This document shows, in pieces, positions 9,615 through 22,086 of a stretch of DNA of 64,000 nucleotides. Numbering within the stretch: the first letter of the stretch is position 1; every line of letters starts with the position of its first letter. Source of the DNA: Polyangiaceae bacterium. GTDB lineage: Bacteria > Myxococcota_A > Polyangia > Polyangiales > Polyangiaceae. Under the pieces are notes generated by a model. That model had not been told where the DNA came from. It saw only the letters and a program-made list of their open reading frames with translations, and made no database searches. A program made the translations under genes and the position numbers. The stretch covers positions 13,717 to 77,716 of the forward strand of contig JBGANF010000024.1 in assembly GCA_044222475.1 (NCBI GenBank), in the 5' to 3' direction.

Positions 9615-10010
9615 TCAGTGCGCGACGAGGATGCGCGTGATTCCCGCGGCCGCTTTGCCGAGCACGTCACCGCTCTCGGAGCGCGGTCGCGAGGCGAGGG
9701 CGCAGAGAAGGACCGTGTCGCCACCGACGTCGACGGTGCGCATCGTCACTCGGTCGCGCAGCTCGGCGATGCGATCGCTCTCGCCGAACGAGCCCGATTC
9801 GAGCAGCGGCGCATACGCGGCGAGCTCTTCGCACGCCGCCCACGAGCCCGCGCCCGCGACGACGACGCCCGCTCGATCGGCGACGACGACCGTGTCGAAC
9901 GACGCTTCGTTGCGCGCGTGGGACAGCTGGTAGTGCAGGGCGACCAGAGGGTCTTTGCTGCGACGGCGGCGGCGCTCGGAGTTCTCGGGGCCTGGCTGGG
10001 CGGTGTGCAT
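9615..10010 (-). CDS. Roadblock/LC7 (MglB-like) domain protein
   Basis: ERRRRRS..P..AL..QL, VVVADRAGVVVAG pattern, ~130 aa. Confidence 0.65.
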   Translation of the reverse strand: MHTAQPGPENSERRRRRSKDPLVALHYQLSHARNEASFDTVVVADRAGVVVAGAGSWAACEELAAYAPLLESGSFGESDRIAELRDRVTMRTVDVGGDTVLLCALASRPRSESGDVLGKAAAGITRILVAH

Positions 10011-10102
10011 GTTCGAATTGTCCCGAGGACCATCGTTCGAGGCCAACTTTTCGCCCCTTGACGTTCGGCCTCGGTCCGCGAACAAATAGACGCAAGCCAT
10101 TC

Positions 10103-11419
10103 ATGCACGCCTGTCACCAAGAGCTCTACGCCCGTCGCCGTGCCCTCTTCATGGACGCCATGTCCGCGCGTTCGGAGAACGCGGTCGCCGTGCTCGCGGC
10201 GGCGCCGGTGTTCACGCGGAACAACGACGTCGATCACGAGTACCGCCAGGACTCGGACCTGTTCTACCTCACCGGGTTCGACGAGCCGGGCAGCGTGCTC
10301 GTGCTGTCCGCGAAGGATCGCAAGACGACGATGTTCGTCCGCCCGCGTGATCCCGAGCGCGAGATCTGGGACGGCCCGCGCGCCGGCGTCGACGGCGCGA
10401 AGAGCATCTTCGGCGCCACCGACGCGTTCAAGATCAGCGAGCTCTCCGACGAGCTGCCCAAGCTCCTGTCGAACCAGCGCCGGCTCTACTACCGGCTCGG
10501 TCGAGACCGACCGTTCGACGACAAAGTGCTAGAGGCCCTCGATGCGACGCGACGCCGCGGCCGCACCGGCGTGACCTGGCCCACCGAGCTCGTGGATCCG
10601 AGCACGATCCTCCACGAGATGCGGCTCATCAAAGGCTCCGAGGATCTCGACGCGATGCGCACCGCCGCCGCGATCACGCGCGACGCGCACCTCAAGGCGA
10701 TCGCCCAGGCTCGCCCGGGCATGTTCGAGTACGAGGTCGAAGCGCTCCTCCTCGAGACGTTCCGCAAGCGCGGGTCCGAGCGACCCGCTTATGGAAGCAT
10801 CGTCGGCTCGGGCGTGAACGCGACCGTGCTCCACTACCGGCAGAACAACCGGAAGATGGAGGACGGCGATCTCCTGCTCATCGATGCCGGGTGCGAGTTC
10901 GGGTACTACGCGAGCGACGTCACGCGCACGTTCCCGATCAGCGGCAAGTTCACGAAGGAGCAGGAGGCGATCTACCAGCTCGTGCTCGACGCTCAGATGG
11001 CGAGCATCGAGAAGACCAAGGTCGGCGGCACGATCGACGAGGTCCACGCCACCAGCGTCGAGGTCATCACCAAGGGCCTCGTGGCCCTCGGTCTCCTCCA
11101 GGGTGACGTGAAAACGCTCATCGAAACGGAGGCTTACAAGCCGTTTTACATGCATCGCACGAGCCACTGGCTCGGGATGGACGTGCACGACGTCGGCTCC
11201 TATTTCGTCGACGGCAAGCCGCGCAAGCTCGAGGCCGGGATGGTGCTCACGGTCGAGCCCGGCATCTACATCGGCGAGAGCTACGACAAAGTACCAAAAG
11301 AGTACCGCGGCATCGGCGTCCGCATCGAGGACGACATCCTCGTCACCGACGAAGGGCCCGTGAACCTCACGGCGGAGATTCCGCGGACGGTGGAGGAGCT
11401 TCGTCAGGCGGTCGCGTAG
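10103..11419 (+). CDS. pepP: Xaa-Pro aminopeptidase (aminopeptidase P)
   Basis: YRQDSDLFYLTGF, LHY, LIDAG, YASDVTRTFP, HWLGMDVHD, TVEPGIY, RIEDD. Confidence 0.96.
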   Translation: MHACHQELYARRRALFMDAMSARSENAVAVLAAAPVFTRNNDVDHEYRQDSDLFYLTGFDEPGSVLVLSAKDRKTTMFVRPRDPEREIWDGPRAGVDGAKSIFGATDAFKISELSDELPKLLSNQRRLYYRLGRDRPFDDKVLEALDATRRRGRTGVTWPTELVDPSTILHEMRLIKGSEDLDAMRTAAAITRDAHLKAIAQARPGMFEYEVEALLLETFRKRGSERPAYGSIVGSGVNATVLHYRQNNRKMEDGDLLLIDAGCEFGYYASDVTRTFPISGKFTKEQEAIYQLVLDAQMASIEKTKVGGTIDEVHATSVEVITKGLVALGLLQGDVKTLIETEAYKPFYMHRTSHWLGMDVHDVGSYFVDGKPRKLEAGMVLTVEPGIYIGESYDKVPKEYRGIGVRIEDDILVTDEGPVNLTAEIPRTVEELRQAVA

Positions 11420-11879
11420 CCGCCTCTTTCTCCTCCTCCTCGGCGCGGGCGCGGCGCGCGTCCCGCCACACGAAGAGCTGGTACGCGACGAGGCCGAGGA
11501 CGGCGGCCAGCACGAGGCCCACCGGTACGCTCCCAAGGATCCAGTCGAGGAGCAGCGAGCCGGCCTTGTCGAGCACGTCGTCCCGAGTGAGGGTCGTGAA
11601 CGAGCCCGTGCGCAGGCGGTGCGCGAGCTGCACCTCGGCGATGACGATCCACGGAAGGATCAGGAAGTTCGAGATTCGGGAGCCGAGCCACGCGAAGAGG
11701 CGGTTCTTCTTGAAGAGCGTGGCCAGGCCGATCGCGACCCACCCGTGGACGCCCACCGCCGGCGTGCACCCCGCGAAGACGCCGAGCGCGATGGCCCACG
11801 CGAGCTCGCGGGGTGTCCCTCGCTCGTTCTTCGCGAGGTTCCACAGCGTCTTGATGCGAGCCCAGAGGCGACCGAACAC
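11367..11879 (-). CDS. DUF2062-like membrane protein
   Basis: TPRELAWAIALGVFAG.TP..G, ISN motif. Confidence 0.8.
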   Translation of the reverse strand: MFGRLWARIKTLWNLAKNERGTPRELAWAIALGVFAGCTPAVGVHGWVAIGLATLFKKNRLFAWLGSRISNFLILPWIVIAEVQLAHRLRTGSFTTLTRDDVLDKAGSLLLDWILGSVPVGLVLAAVLGLVAYQLFVWRDARRARAEEEEKEAATRPPDEAPPPSAESPP

Positions 11880-11940
11880 GACACCGTAGTTAGCACGCCT
11901 CTTCTTGGCCCCTTCGTCGGTCCGTTGCTACATCCGAGGG

Positions 11941-12876
11941 GTGCAGACGCTCACCGACGCGATCGACGGCTTCGAGCGCTACCTCGAGTTCGAGCGGCGC
12001 GCGTCGCCGAACACCCGCGCCGCCTACCGGCGCGACCTGCGGTCGCTCGACGAGTACCTGGCGCGGCGCGGGGCGCGCGCGTCGCCGATGGCGTTCGATC
12101 GCGTGGACGTCTACGTCCTGCGCGGCTGGCTCGGAGAGATCGCGCGCACGGTGCAACCCGCGACCGTCGCGCGAAAGCTCGCCGCGGTGCGCTCGCTCTT
12201 CCGGTGGGGGCGGCGAAAGGGGCACCTCCGCCGCGATCCAGCGGCCGAGCTCGCGAGCCCCAAGGTTCGCCGGCCGCTCCCGACCCTCCTCTCGGTCGAC
12301 GCGGCGTCGCGCGTCGTCGAGAGCAGCGACGCCGGGACCCCGTCGGCGCTTCGCGATGCCGCCATCCTCGAGCTCCTCTACGGCTCCGGGCTGCGCGTCA
12401 GCGAGCTCGCCGGGTTGGATCTCGCCGCGCTCGACCTCGGTGCGCGGTCGGTCCGCGTGCTCGGCAAGGGCAACAAGGAGCGCATCGTCCCCTTCGGATC
12501 GAAGTGCGACGAGGCGTTGCAGGCGTACCTCGCGCGTCGGGCAGAGCTGGCGCACCCGCGAACGCGCGCGCTCGACCCCCGGGCGGTCTTCGTCTCGCGC
12601 CGCGGCCGGCGCATGCCGGTGCGCGAGATTCAGCGGCTCGTGAAGCGAGCCGGAGCGCTCGGCGCCGGGCGCGCCGACCTTCACCCGCACGCGCTGCGGC
12701 ACGCGTTCGCGACGCACCTCCTCGATGGCGGCGCCGACCTCCGCGCGATCCAGGAGCTGCTCGGCCACGCATCATTGACGACGACTCAGCGCTACACCCA
12801 CGTCTCGGTCGAGCATCTGCTCCGCGTGTACGACCAGGCCCACCCGCTCGCCAAGGCGCCGCGCAAGTCGCGATAG
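11941..12876 (+). CDS. xerC: Tyrosine recombinase XerC
   Basis: SPNTRAAYRRDL, LYGSGLRVSEL, GKGNKER, HPHALRHAFATHLL, QELLGH, TTQRYTH; complete catalytic set. Confidence 0.9.
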   Translation: MQTLTDAIDGFERYLEFERRASPNTRAAYRRDLRSLDEYLARRGARASPMAFDRVDVYVLRGWLGEIARTVQPATVARKLAAVRSLFRWGRRKGHLRRDPAAELASPKVRRPLPTLLSVDAASRVVESSDAGTPSALRDAAILELLYGSGLRVSELAGLDLAALDLGARSVRVLGKGNKERIVPFGSKCDEALQAYLARRAELAHPRTRALDPRAVFVSRRGRRMPVREIQRLVKRAGALGAGRADLHPHALRHAFATHLLDGGADLRAIQELLGHASLTTTQRYTHVSVEHLLRVYDQAHPLAKAPRKSR

Positions 12877-12904
12877 GTCGCCCGGAGATGGTAGGTTCGC
12901 CCGC

Positions 12905-15181
12905 GTGAGGTACGCGATCCAGAGGCTGCTCTTCGCGCTCGCCGGGGCGACGGTGGGAGCGACGCTGGTCGCCTCGGTCGAGGCGCGCGCGGCTGCGGAG
13001 CAGGGCGGCGCGTCGTACGCGCGCCTCGCGATGACGGACGCCGGCCTCCTCGGTCCCGTCGCGATCGCGATCGGCGCGGCGGTGTTCGCGTTCGGGACGT
13101 TCCTCGAGCCGGGCGGCGCGCGACCGCCGACCGAGCACGCGGTCGCCTGGCGGCGGCTGGACGTCCTTCCGCGCTCGCGACTCGCCGCGCTCGCGCCGCT
13201 CTCTGCGTTCTCGGTGCTCGGAGCGGTGACCGCGATCGCTGCGCTCGCGCGTGGCGTCCTCGCCGACGGCACGCCTGCCGCGTCGGGGCTGCTGCTCGGC
13301 CTCGGCACCATCGCGATCATCGTGCTCTTCGTCGGCTTGACGCTCGCTCTCGTCGGTCCCCTGCGCCGCCTCCTCGTCATCGCCGCCGAGAAGCGCCCCG
13401 CGCTGCTCGACCCCACGAGGACGCTCGCCGGGGCCCTCGTGGTCGTGGTCGCGCTCGTCGCGCTCGGCTGCGGAACGGGAGACACCGGCGGCGACGGCGT
13501 GGGGCCGCTCGCGATCTTCGGGGTCCTCCGCCGAAGCGAGCTCGATCTGCGGCCCGTCGTGGACCTCGGAGCGATCGCGCTCTCGGCCTATCTCGTCCCG
13601 GTCGCGTTCGCGCCGCCGTCGAGGTCGGGGCGCGCGTTCGGCCTTCGGTGGGTCGTTGCGATCGTGGTGCTCGTCGCGCCGCTCGTCGTCCTCTGGCGCG
13701 CGGCCGGATCGATGGGGGACGACCGGCGACTCACGCGCGCGATCGAGTCCCACGCGCCGTTCGGTCGCATCGCGCTCGGGGTCCTCCGCCGCGCGACCGA
13801 CCGCGATCACGACGGCGCGTCACCCTGGTTCGGCGGCGGCGACTGCAACGATCACGATCGCGGGATCTCGCCGCTCGCGGTGGACAAACCGGGCGACGGG
13901 ATCGACCAGGACTGCGACGGCGTCGACATGCCGGCTCCGCCGCCGCCGCCACCTCCGCCGCCGGTCGCCGTCAAGCGCGCGCTCCCGAAGGGGCTCAACG
14001 TCGTCTTGATCACGGTCGACACGCTCCGCCTGGACGTCGGGTTCGCTGGATACCCGAAGCCGACGACCCCGAACCTCGACCGCCTCGCCGAGAGGTCCGT
14101 CGTCTTCGATCGCGCGTACTCGCTCGCGTCGTACACCGGGAAGAGCGTCGGTCCGTTGCTCATCGGCAAGTACCCGAGCGAGACCATCCGAGACGGCGGC
14201 CACTTCAACAAGTATGGCCCCGAGAACGTGTTCGTCGCCGAGCGGCTCAAAGCGGCAGGCGTGAAGACGATGGGCGCCTCGGCTCACTGGTACTTCGCGC
14301 CGTGGAGCGGCCTGACGCAGGGGATCGACACGTGGGATCTCTCCGCTCAACCGCAGGGCGGCCAGGGCGACAACGACACGACGATCACGAGCGCCCAGCT
14401 GTCCGACGCGGCGATCCGCCTGTTGCGCGCGCAGAGCGCAGCCGCGGCCGACGGCGGCGCCGCCAGCTTCTTCATGTGGGTCCACTACGTCGATCCGCAC
14501 GCGCAGTACGTCCCTCACGACGGCGCGCCGGACTTCCTCGGCGATGCGCGGGGCGGCGCGGCTGCCGCTCGCGCGGCGTACGACGGCGAGGTGTGGTTCA
14601 CCGACAAGCACGTCGGCCGCCTCATCGACGTCCTGATGCAGGAGCCGTTCGCCGGGAACACGGCGATCGTCGTGACGAGCGATCACGGTGAGGTCTTCGG
14701 CGAGCACAACATGAGCTGGCACGGGGTGGAGATCTGGGAGCCCCTCGTGCGCGTGCCGCTGCTCGTCTACGTGCCCGAGCTCCAGCCGCATCACGTGGCG
14801 GCCCGCCGCAGCGCCGTCGACCTCGTGCCGACCATCCTCGATCTGTTCGGCGTCACCGCGCCCGCGGGCGAGCTGTCGGGACAGAGCCTGGCGCCCGACC
14901 TCTTGAGCGACGCCGGTCCGTACGCCGAGCGCGACGTGCTCATCGACATGCCGGTGGGGCCCTACACGTTGATGCGCAAGGGCGTCATCACCGGCGAAGG
15001 CGCAGGGATGAAGCTCATCTGGTCCGGCGGGAAGAACTACCAACTCTACGATCTCGAGGCCGACCCCGACGAGGCCAACGATCTCGCGGCCGATCAGGAT
15101 CGCTTCGACCCGGTGTTCAAGGCGTTCCAGACCGCGCGCGCACGCTGCAACGAGATCGACGTCCCCGCGGATCCGCCCTAG
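12905..15181 (+). CDS. Membrane-anchored sulfatase-like hydrolase/transferase with a Cys/Asp metal-binding repeat
   Basis: N-terminal TM helices; DCND.D...P...D..GDGIDQDCDG; NVVLITVDTLR, TPNLD, DPH..Y, SDHGE. Confidence 0.85.
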   Translation: MRYAIQRLLFALAGATVGATLVASVEARAAAEQGGASYARLAMTDAGLLGPVAIAIGAAVFAFGTFLEPGGARPPTEHAVAWRRLDVLPRSRLAALAPLSAFSVLGAVTAIAALARGVLADGTPAASGLLLGLGTIAIIVLFVGLTLALVGPLRRLLVIAAEKRPALLDPTRTLAGALVVVVALVALGCGTGDTGGDGVGPLAIFGVLRRSELDLRPVVDLGAIALSAYLVPVAFAPPSRSGRAFGLRWVVAIVVLVAPLVVLWRAAGSMGDDRRLTRAIESHAPFGRIALGVLRRATDRDHDGASPWFGGGDCNDHDRGISPLAVDKPGDGIDQDCDGVDMPAPPPPPPPPPVAVKRALPKGLNVVLITVDTLRLDVGFAGYPKPTTPNLDRLAERSVVFDRAYSLASYTGKSVGPLLIGKYPSETIRDGGHFNKYGPENVFVAERLKAAGVKTMGASAHWYFAPWSGLTQGIDTWDLSAQPQGGQGDNDTTITSAQLSDAAIRLLRAQSAAAADGGAASFFMWVHYVDPHAQYVPHDGAPDFLGDARGGAAAARAAYDGEVWFTDKHVGRLIDVLMQEPFAGNTAIVVTSDHGEVFGEHNMSWHGVEIWEPLVRVPLLVYVPELQPHHVAARRSAVDLVPTILDLFGVTAPAGELSGQSLAPDLLSDAGPYAERDVLIDMPVGPYTLMRKGVITGEGAGMKLIWSGGKNYQLYDLEADPDEANDLAADQDRFDPVFKAFQTARARCNEIDVPADPP

Positions 15182-15191
15182 CGGCCGTGCG

Positions 15192-15797
15192 TCAGGCGAA
15201 CGCGGCTTCGCGACCCGCGTCGGTGTCGGCGAGGAGCGCGCGGAGGCGCGTGCGGGCGCGGTGCAGGCGCGATCGCACGGCGCTCTCGGTGAGGGCGAAC
15301 CGGTCGGCGATCTCCTGCAGCCCGAGGTCGAGGTGATAGTGCGCGACGACGACGTCGCGGTAGTCGTCGGGCAGCTCGGCCAGCGCGTTGCGCACCGAGG
15401 CAGCGCGCTGCTGGTTCTCCACACCGAGGTCGCCGCGGTCGAGATCGCGCACCTCGGTCTCCGACGAGCTCGTCATGGCATCGAGCTCTTCGTACTCGAG
15501 CCCGAACGTCAGCCGCGACTTGTGGCGTCGCTGGGAGCGCATGAGCATGAGCGCTTCGTTGGCGGTCACGCGGAAGAGCCACGTCGAGAAGTTGGACTCG
15601 CCGCGGAACGATCCGATGCGGCGGAGGACCTGCATGAGGGTCGCTTGCAGGAGGTCCCGCCGATCTTCGTCGCTGACCGGGTAGCGAAGGAGCTGTCGTT
15701 CGACGTGCGGCCGGATGGCGGCCACCAGCTCTCCTTGGGCGGTGATGTTTCCGGAGGCGGCGCGTTCGATCAACGTGGGGTCGGGAGTGAATGCCAT
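15192..15797 (-). CDS. ECF-family RNA polymerase sigma factor
   Basis: SFRGESNFSTWLFRVTAN (region 2); LP..YR, EIA.....ESAVRSRLHRAR (region 4). Confidence 0.92.
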   Translation of the reverse strand: MAFTPDPTLIERAASGNITAQGELVAAIRPHVERQLLRYPVSDEDRRDLLQATLMQVLRRIGSFRGESNFSTWLFRVTANEALMLMRSQRRHKSRLTFGLEYEELDAMTSSSETEVRDLDRGDLGVENQQRAASVRNALAELPDDYRDVVVAHYHLDLGLQEIADRFALTESAVRSRLHRARTRLRALLADTDAGREAAFA

Positions 15798-15919
15798 GAG
15801 CGTTTCCCTTTGCGATCTCCATGCCAACCGCTCGAAACGCTCATTCGGGCCAGGAATCGCTCATTTGGCCGAGGCGTGCCTGTCGGAAAGTCTTACAGCT
15901 GCCCGAGTGGTGACAACGA

Positions 15920-18529
<2,610 letters not shown>

Positions 18530-18558
18530 GGCCGAATCGTGGCTAAGCTCCGCGCCCG

Positions 18559-19770
18559 ATGGCGAAGGCGACGGATCGAACGCTGCCGACGGGGATGCGC
18601 GACGTGCTCCCGGAGGACACGCGCACCCGGCGCCGCCTCTCGCGCCGGCTCGAGCGCGCCGTCTCGCTGCACGGCTTCGAGCTCGTGACGCTACCCGCGT
18701 TCGAGTTCGAGTCGGTGCTCGAACGCGGGCTCGGCCGCCTGGCGCGCGAGGAGCTCCTCCGGTTCGTCGAGCCCGAGACCGGCGAGAGCGCAGCGTTCCG
18801 TCCCGACATGACCCCGCAGGTCGCGCGTCTCGTCGCGACCCGCCTGCGCGAGCGGCCGCCGCCGCTGCGCATCGCGTACGAAGGCACCGTCCTCCGCCGC
18901 CGGGGGACGCGCGCGACGTCCCTCGCGCAGTTCGGGGTGGAGCTCGTCGGACCGCCGCACCCTCAAGGGGACGTCGAGCTGCTCGAGGTTGCGGCCGCCG
19001 CGCTCCGGGCGGCGGGCGTGCAGCGCTTCACGCTCGACGTCGGCGACTCGGCGATCCTTCGCAGCCTCATGGAGGGGCTGCCGGCGGAGCAAGCCGAGGC
19101 GCTCGGCGACGCGTTCGCCCGGCGCGACGAGAGCGAGGTCCGCAACATATTGCAGACTGCAAACAAATCGAGCTCGCCCCTCGAGGCGCTCGTCCGCATC
19201 GCCGGCGGCGCGGACGCGGTCACCGCCGGAGTGGCGGCGTTGCAGGGAACCCCCGCGGAGCCGTACGCGCGGCGGTTGGCTTCGCTGTTCGAGGAAGGCA
19301 CCCGGCGTGGGCTCCCGCTCTCGGTCGACTTCGGCGAGGTTCGCGGGTGGGCGTACTACACGGGCATGCGCGTGCACGCCTATGCCGACGGCGCCGCGCG
19401 CTCGGTGGGTGGGGGCGGGCGCTACGACGAGCTCCTCCGTGGCTTCGGGCGTCCGCTCGCGGCGGTCGGCTTCTCGATCGACCTGGACGAGCTTCGCGTC
19501 GCCGTCGCTGCGCAGTCGCCGGCCGAGCGGAGGCCGCCGCGCGTCGTGGTGGTCGGCGATCGAGCCGCCACGGAGCTCCTCCGGGCGCGAGGCGTGCCGG
19601 CGATCGACCACGACGACGCCGCCGCGGGCGAAATCCATGCGCGGGCGTGGGGTTTTTCTCACCTTCTCGTGGGGGGGGCCCTCCGCGAGCTTGCGACTGG
19701 CGCCGCGATCGCGTGGAATGCGTCGGCTGCGTCGTCGCTCGTGACGGACAGCAACGAGAGCGGAGCGTAA
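18559..19770 (+). CDS. hisZ: ATP phosphoribosyltransferase regulatory subunit
   Basis: LPTGMRDVLP, RPDMTPQVAR, QFGVEL, YYTG, GGGRYD; directly upstream of purA. Confidence 0.9.
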   Translation: MAKATDRTLPTGMRDVLPEDTRTRRRLSRRLERAVSLHGFELVTLPAFEFESVLERGLGRLAREELLRFVEPETGESAAFRPDMTPQVARLVATRLRERPPPLRIAYEGTVLRRRGTRATSLAQFGVELVGPPHPQGDVELLEVAAAALRAAGVQRFTLDVGDSAILRSLMEGLPAEQAEALGDAFARRDESEVRNILQTANKSSSPLEALVRIAGGADAVTAGVAALQGTPAEPYARRLASLFEEGTRRGLPLSVDFGEVRGWAYYTGMRVHAYADGAARSVGGGGRYDELLRGFGRPLAAVGFSIDLDELRVAVAAQSPAERRPPRVVVVGDRAATELLRARGVPAIDHDDAAAGEIHARAWGFSHLLVGGALRELATGAAIAWNASAASSLVTDSNESGA

Positions 19771-19774
19771 CCGG

Positions 19775-21049
19775 ATGCCGGCGGTCGTGGTCGTAGGAGC
19801 CCAGTGGGGCGACGAAGGGAAGGGGAAGGTCGTCGACATCTTCACCGAGCACGCCGACATGGTCGTGCGCTACGCCGGCGGTCCCAACGCGGGACACACG
19901 CTGGTCGTCGGCGACGACAAGGTGATCGTGCGGCTCATCCCGAGCGGCATCCTGCGCCCGAAGACGGTGTGCGTCCTCGCGCAAGGCATGGTCGTCGATC
20001 CGGGTCGCCTCGTCGGCGAGATGGACGAGCTCGAGCGTCGCGGTCACTCGCACGTGCGGTCGCTCCGGGTCTCCGAGCGCGCGCACGCCATCCTTCCGTA
20101 CCACGTGCTCGTCGACGGCCTCCGCGAGCAGGGCAAGGGCGCCATCGGCACGACGAAGCGCGGCGTCGGTCCCTGCTACGAAGACAAGGCGGCGCGACGC
20201 GGGATCCCATTGGGGGCGCTCCGCGATCTCGCCGCGATGGACGGGCTCGTCGGCGAAGCGCTCGCCGCCTGGGGTCCGACGATCACGGCGCTCGGCGGAA
20301 AGGTTCCGACCGTCGCCGAGGTGCGCGCGGCCATCGAGCCGCTCGCCGAGCGGATCGTCCCGCTCCTCGCCGACACGTCGCAGCTCGTCGGCCGCGCGAT
20401 CGCCGACGGCAAGCGCGTCGTCCTCGAAGGCGCGCAGGGCACGCTGCTCGACGTCGATCATGGAACGTACCCGTTCGTCACGTCGTCGAGCGCCGCCGCC
20501 GGTGGTGCGTGCACCGGTGCGGGCGTCGGCCCGTCGCGGATCGACGCGGTCATCGGGCTGGTGAAGGCGTACTGCACGCGCGTCGGCGCGGGACCGTTTC
20601 CGACCGAGCTCGACGACGCCATCGGCGAGCGCCTTCGCACGGTGGGGGCGGAGTTCGGCTCGGTCACCGGCCGTCCGCGGCGCACGGGCTGGCTCGATCT
20701 CCCCGCGCTCCGGTACGCCGCGCGCATCAACGGGCTCGACGGCATCGCGGTGACCAAGCTCGACGTGCTCACCGGCATCCCGGAGCTGAAGGTCTGCGTC
20801 GCGTACCGCACGAAGGGCGGCGAAGTGTCCGAGCTGCCGGCTGCCGATCTCGCGCACGCCGAGCCCGTCTACCGCACGGTCCCCGGCTGGACCGAAGAGC
20901 TCGGCAAGGCGAAGTCCCTCGCGGATCTGCCGGACGCCGCCCGTCGTTACGTGGAGCTCATCGAAGAGGCCGCCGGTTGCCCGGCGAACATCGTCAGCGT
21001 CGGCTACCGCCGCGAAGAGACGATCGTGAACAAGCATCCCTTCGGGTGA
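19775..21049 (+). CDS. purA: Adenylosuccinate synthetase
   Basis: GAQWGDEGKGK, GGPNAGHT, EGAQG.LLD.DHGTYPFVTSS, TGRPRR.GW. Confidence 0.98.
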   Translation: MPAVVVVGAQWGDEGKGKVVDIFTEHADMVVRYAGGPNAGHTLVVGDDKVIVRLIPSGILRPKTVCVLAQGMVVDPGRLVGEMDELERRGHSHVRSLRVSERAHAILPYHVLVDGLREQGKGAIGTTKRGVGPCYEDKAARRGIPLGALRDLAAMDGLVGEALAAWGPTITALGGKVPTVAEVRAAIEPLAERIVPLLADTSQLVGRAIADGKRVVLEGAQGTLLDVDHGTYPFVTSSSAAAGGACTGAGVGPSRIDAVIGLVKAYCTRVGAGPFPTELDDAIGERLRTVGAEFGSVTGRPRRTGWLDLPALRYAARINGLDGIAVTKLDVLTGIPELKVCVAYRTKGGEVSELPAADLAHAEPVYRTVPGWTEELGKAKSLADLPDAARRYVELIEEAAGCPANIVSVGYRREETIVNKHPFG

Positions 21050-21129
21050 ATCACGGCGCGTGATCTTCGATCACGTGGTGATTCCAGAGCGCATAGCCAC
21101 CGGACGCGGCGCGCGCTAACCTTCACGCG

Positions 21130-22086
21130 ATGTTCCACGCCGTTCTCGTCGTGTTCCTTCAGGTTGGCGCCGGCGCGGCGGGTCCCGCCCTCGCTCCGGA
21201 GTGCGGCGCCGGCGGTCGCGAAGGGACGAACGTCTGGGAGCGCGCGAAGCACCCCGAGCTCCGTCGGTACTGCGATCTCCTCGCGAGCGGTGCGGCGAAG
21301 CTCGCCGCGAACGCGAGCATGGCGCGCGAGGTCGTCGGCATCGCCGAGGAAGCCGAGAAGACGAACCCCGGTCGCGCGGCGCCTCTGGTGCTCAAGGGCC
21401 GCGCGCTGATGCGCCTCGCGCGGTTCGAGGAGAGCTACCAGGCCTTCGTCGAAGCGAAGAAGCGCGACGTGAACGCCGTCGAGGATCCCGTCGCCCTCCT
21501 CGCGTTCGCGCGCGCCTCGTCGCGCAGCAACCACGAAGCAGACGCGCGCGACGCGTTCCGCGCGCTCCTGCCGCGCGCGTCCGTGCTCTCGGCGACGGAC
21601 CGCGGGCTCGTCTACCTCGAGGCGGGTCTCCTCTCGATGGCGAAAGGGCCGACCGGGCTCGACGACGCGATCGTCGCACTCCGCCAAGCGCGGCGCGAAG
21701 CCCAGGACTACGCAGCGACCCTGTGCACGCTCGCGCTCGCGCTGGCCCTCGATCGCGCCGGCAACCGCGACGAAGCGAAGGCCATCCTCGACGAGCGCGC
21801 TCGCGCCGACGCGCGCATGATCACGAACGACACTCGAGCGAAGGACGCGCTCGGACCGATGTCGATCGAGGTCGACGCGATGGCCGCGATGGGTCTCGAG
21901 CCGACCGACGCTGCGCGCGCGAAAGAGGCGTGGGCTCGCTACGCCGCGGCGGCCGGGGCAGGACCTTGGGCCGATCACGCGAAGGCGCGCGCAGGTGGCA
22001 CCACGGCGCGTCCGGGGGCGAGCGCAGCGCCGAGGGGCAGCGTCGCTCCGCCGAAGCCGCCGACACCGCCGACGCTGAGGCAATGA
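21130..22086 (+). CDS. TPR-like exported protein
   Basis: Signal peptide and Ala-rich helical repeats. Confidence 0.7.
   Translation: MFHAVLVVFLQVGAGAAGPALAPECGAGGREGTNVWERAKHPELRRYCDLLASGAAKLAANASMAREVVGIAEEAEKTNPGRAAPLVLKGRALMRLARFEESYQAFVEAKKRDVNAVEDPVALLAFARASSRSNHEADARDAFRALLPRASVLSATDRGLVYLEAGLLSMAKGPTGLDDAIVALRQARREAQDYAATLCTLALALALDRAGNRDEAKAILDERARADARMITNDTRAKDALGPMSIEVDAMAAMGLEPTDAARAKEAWARYAAAAGAGPWADHAKARAGGTTARPGASAAPRGSVAPPKPPTPPTLRQ

Noticed and set aside
11941..12876. Phage or island integrase
   Set aside because: Typical XerC sequence among housekeeping genes; no att repeats, tRNA or phage genes nearby
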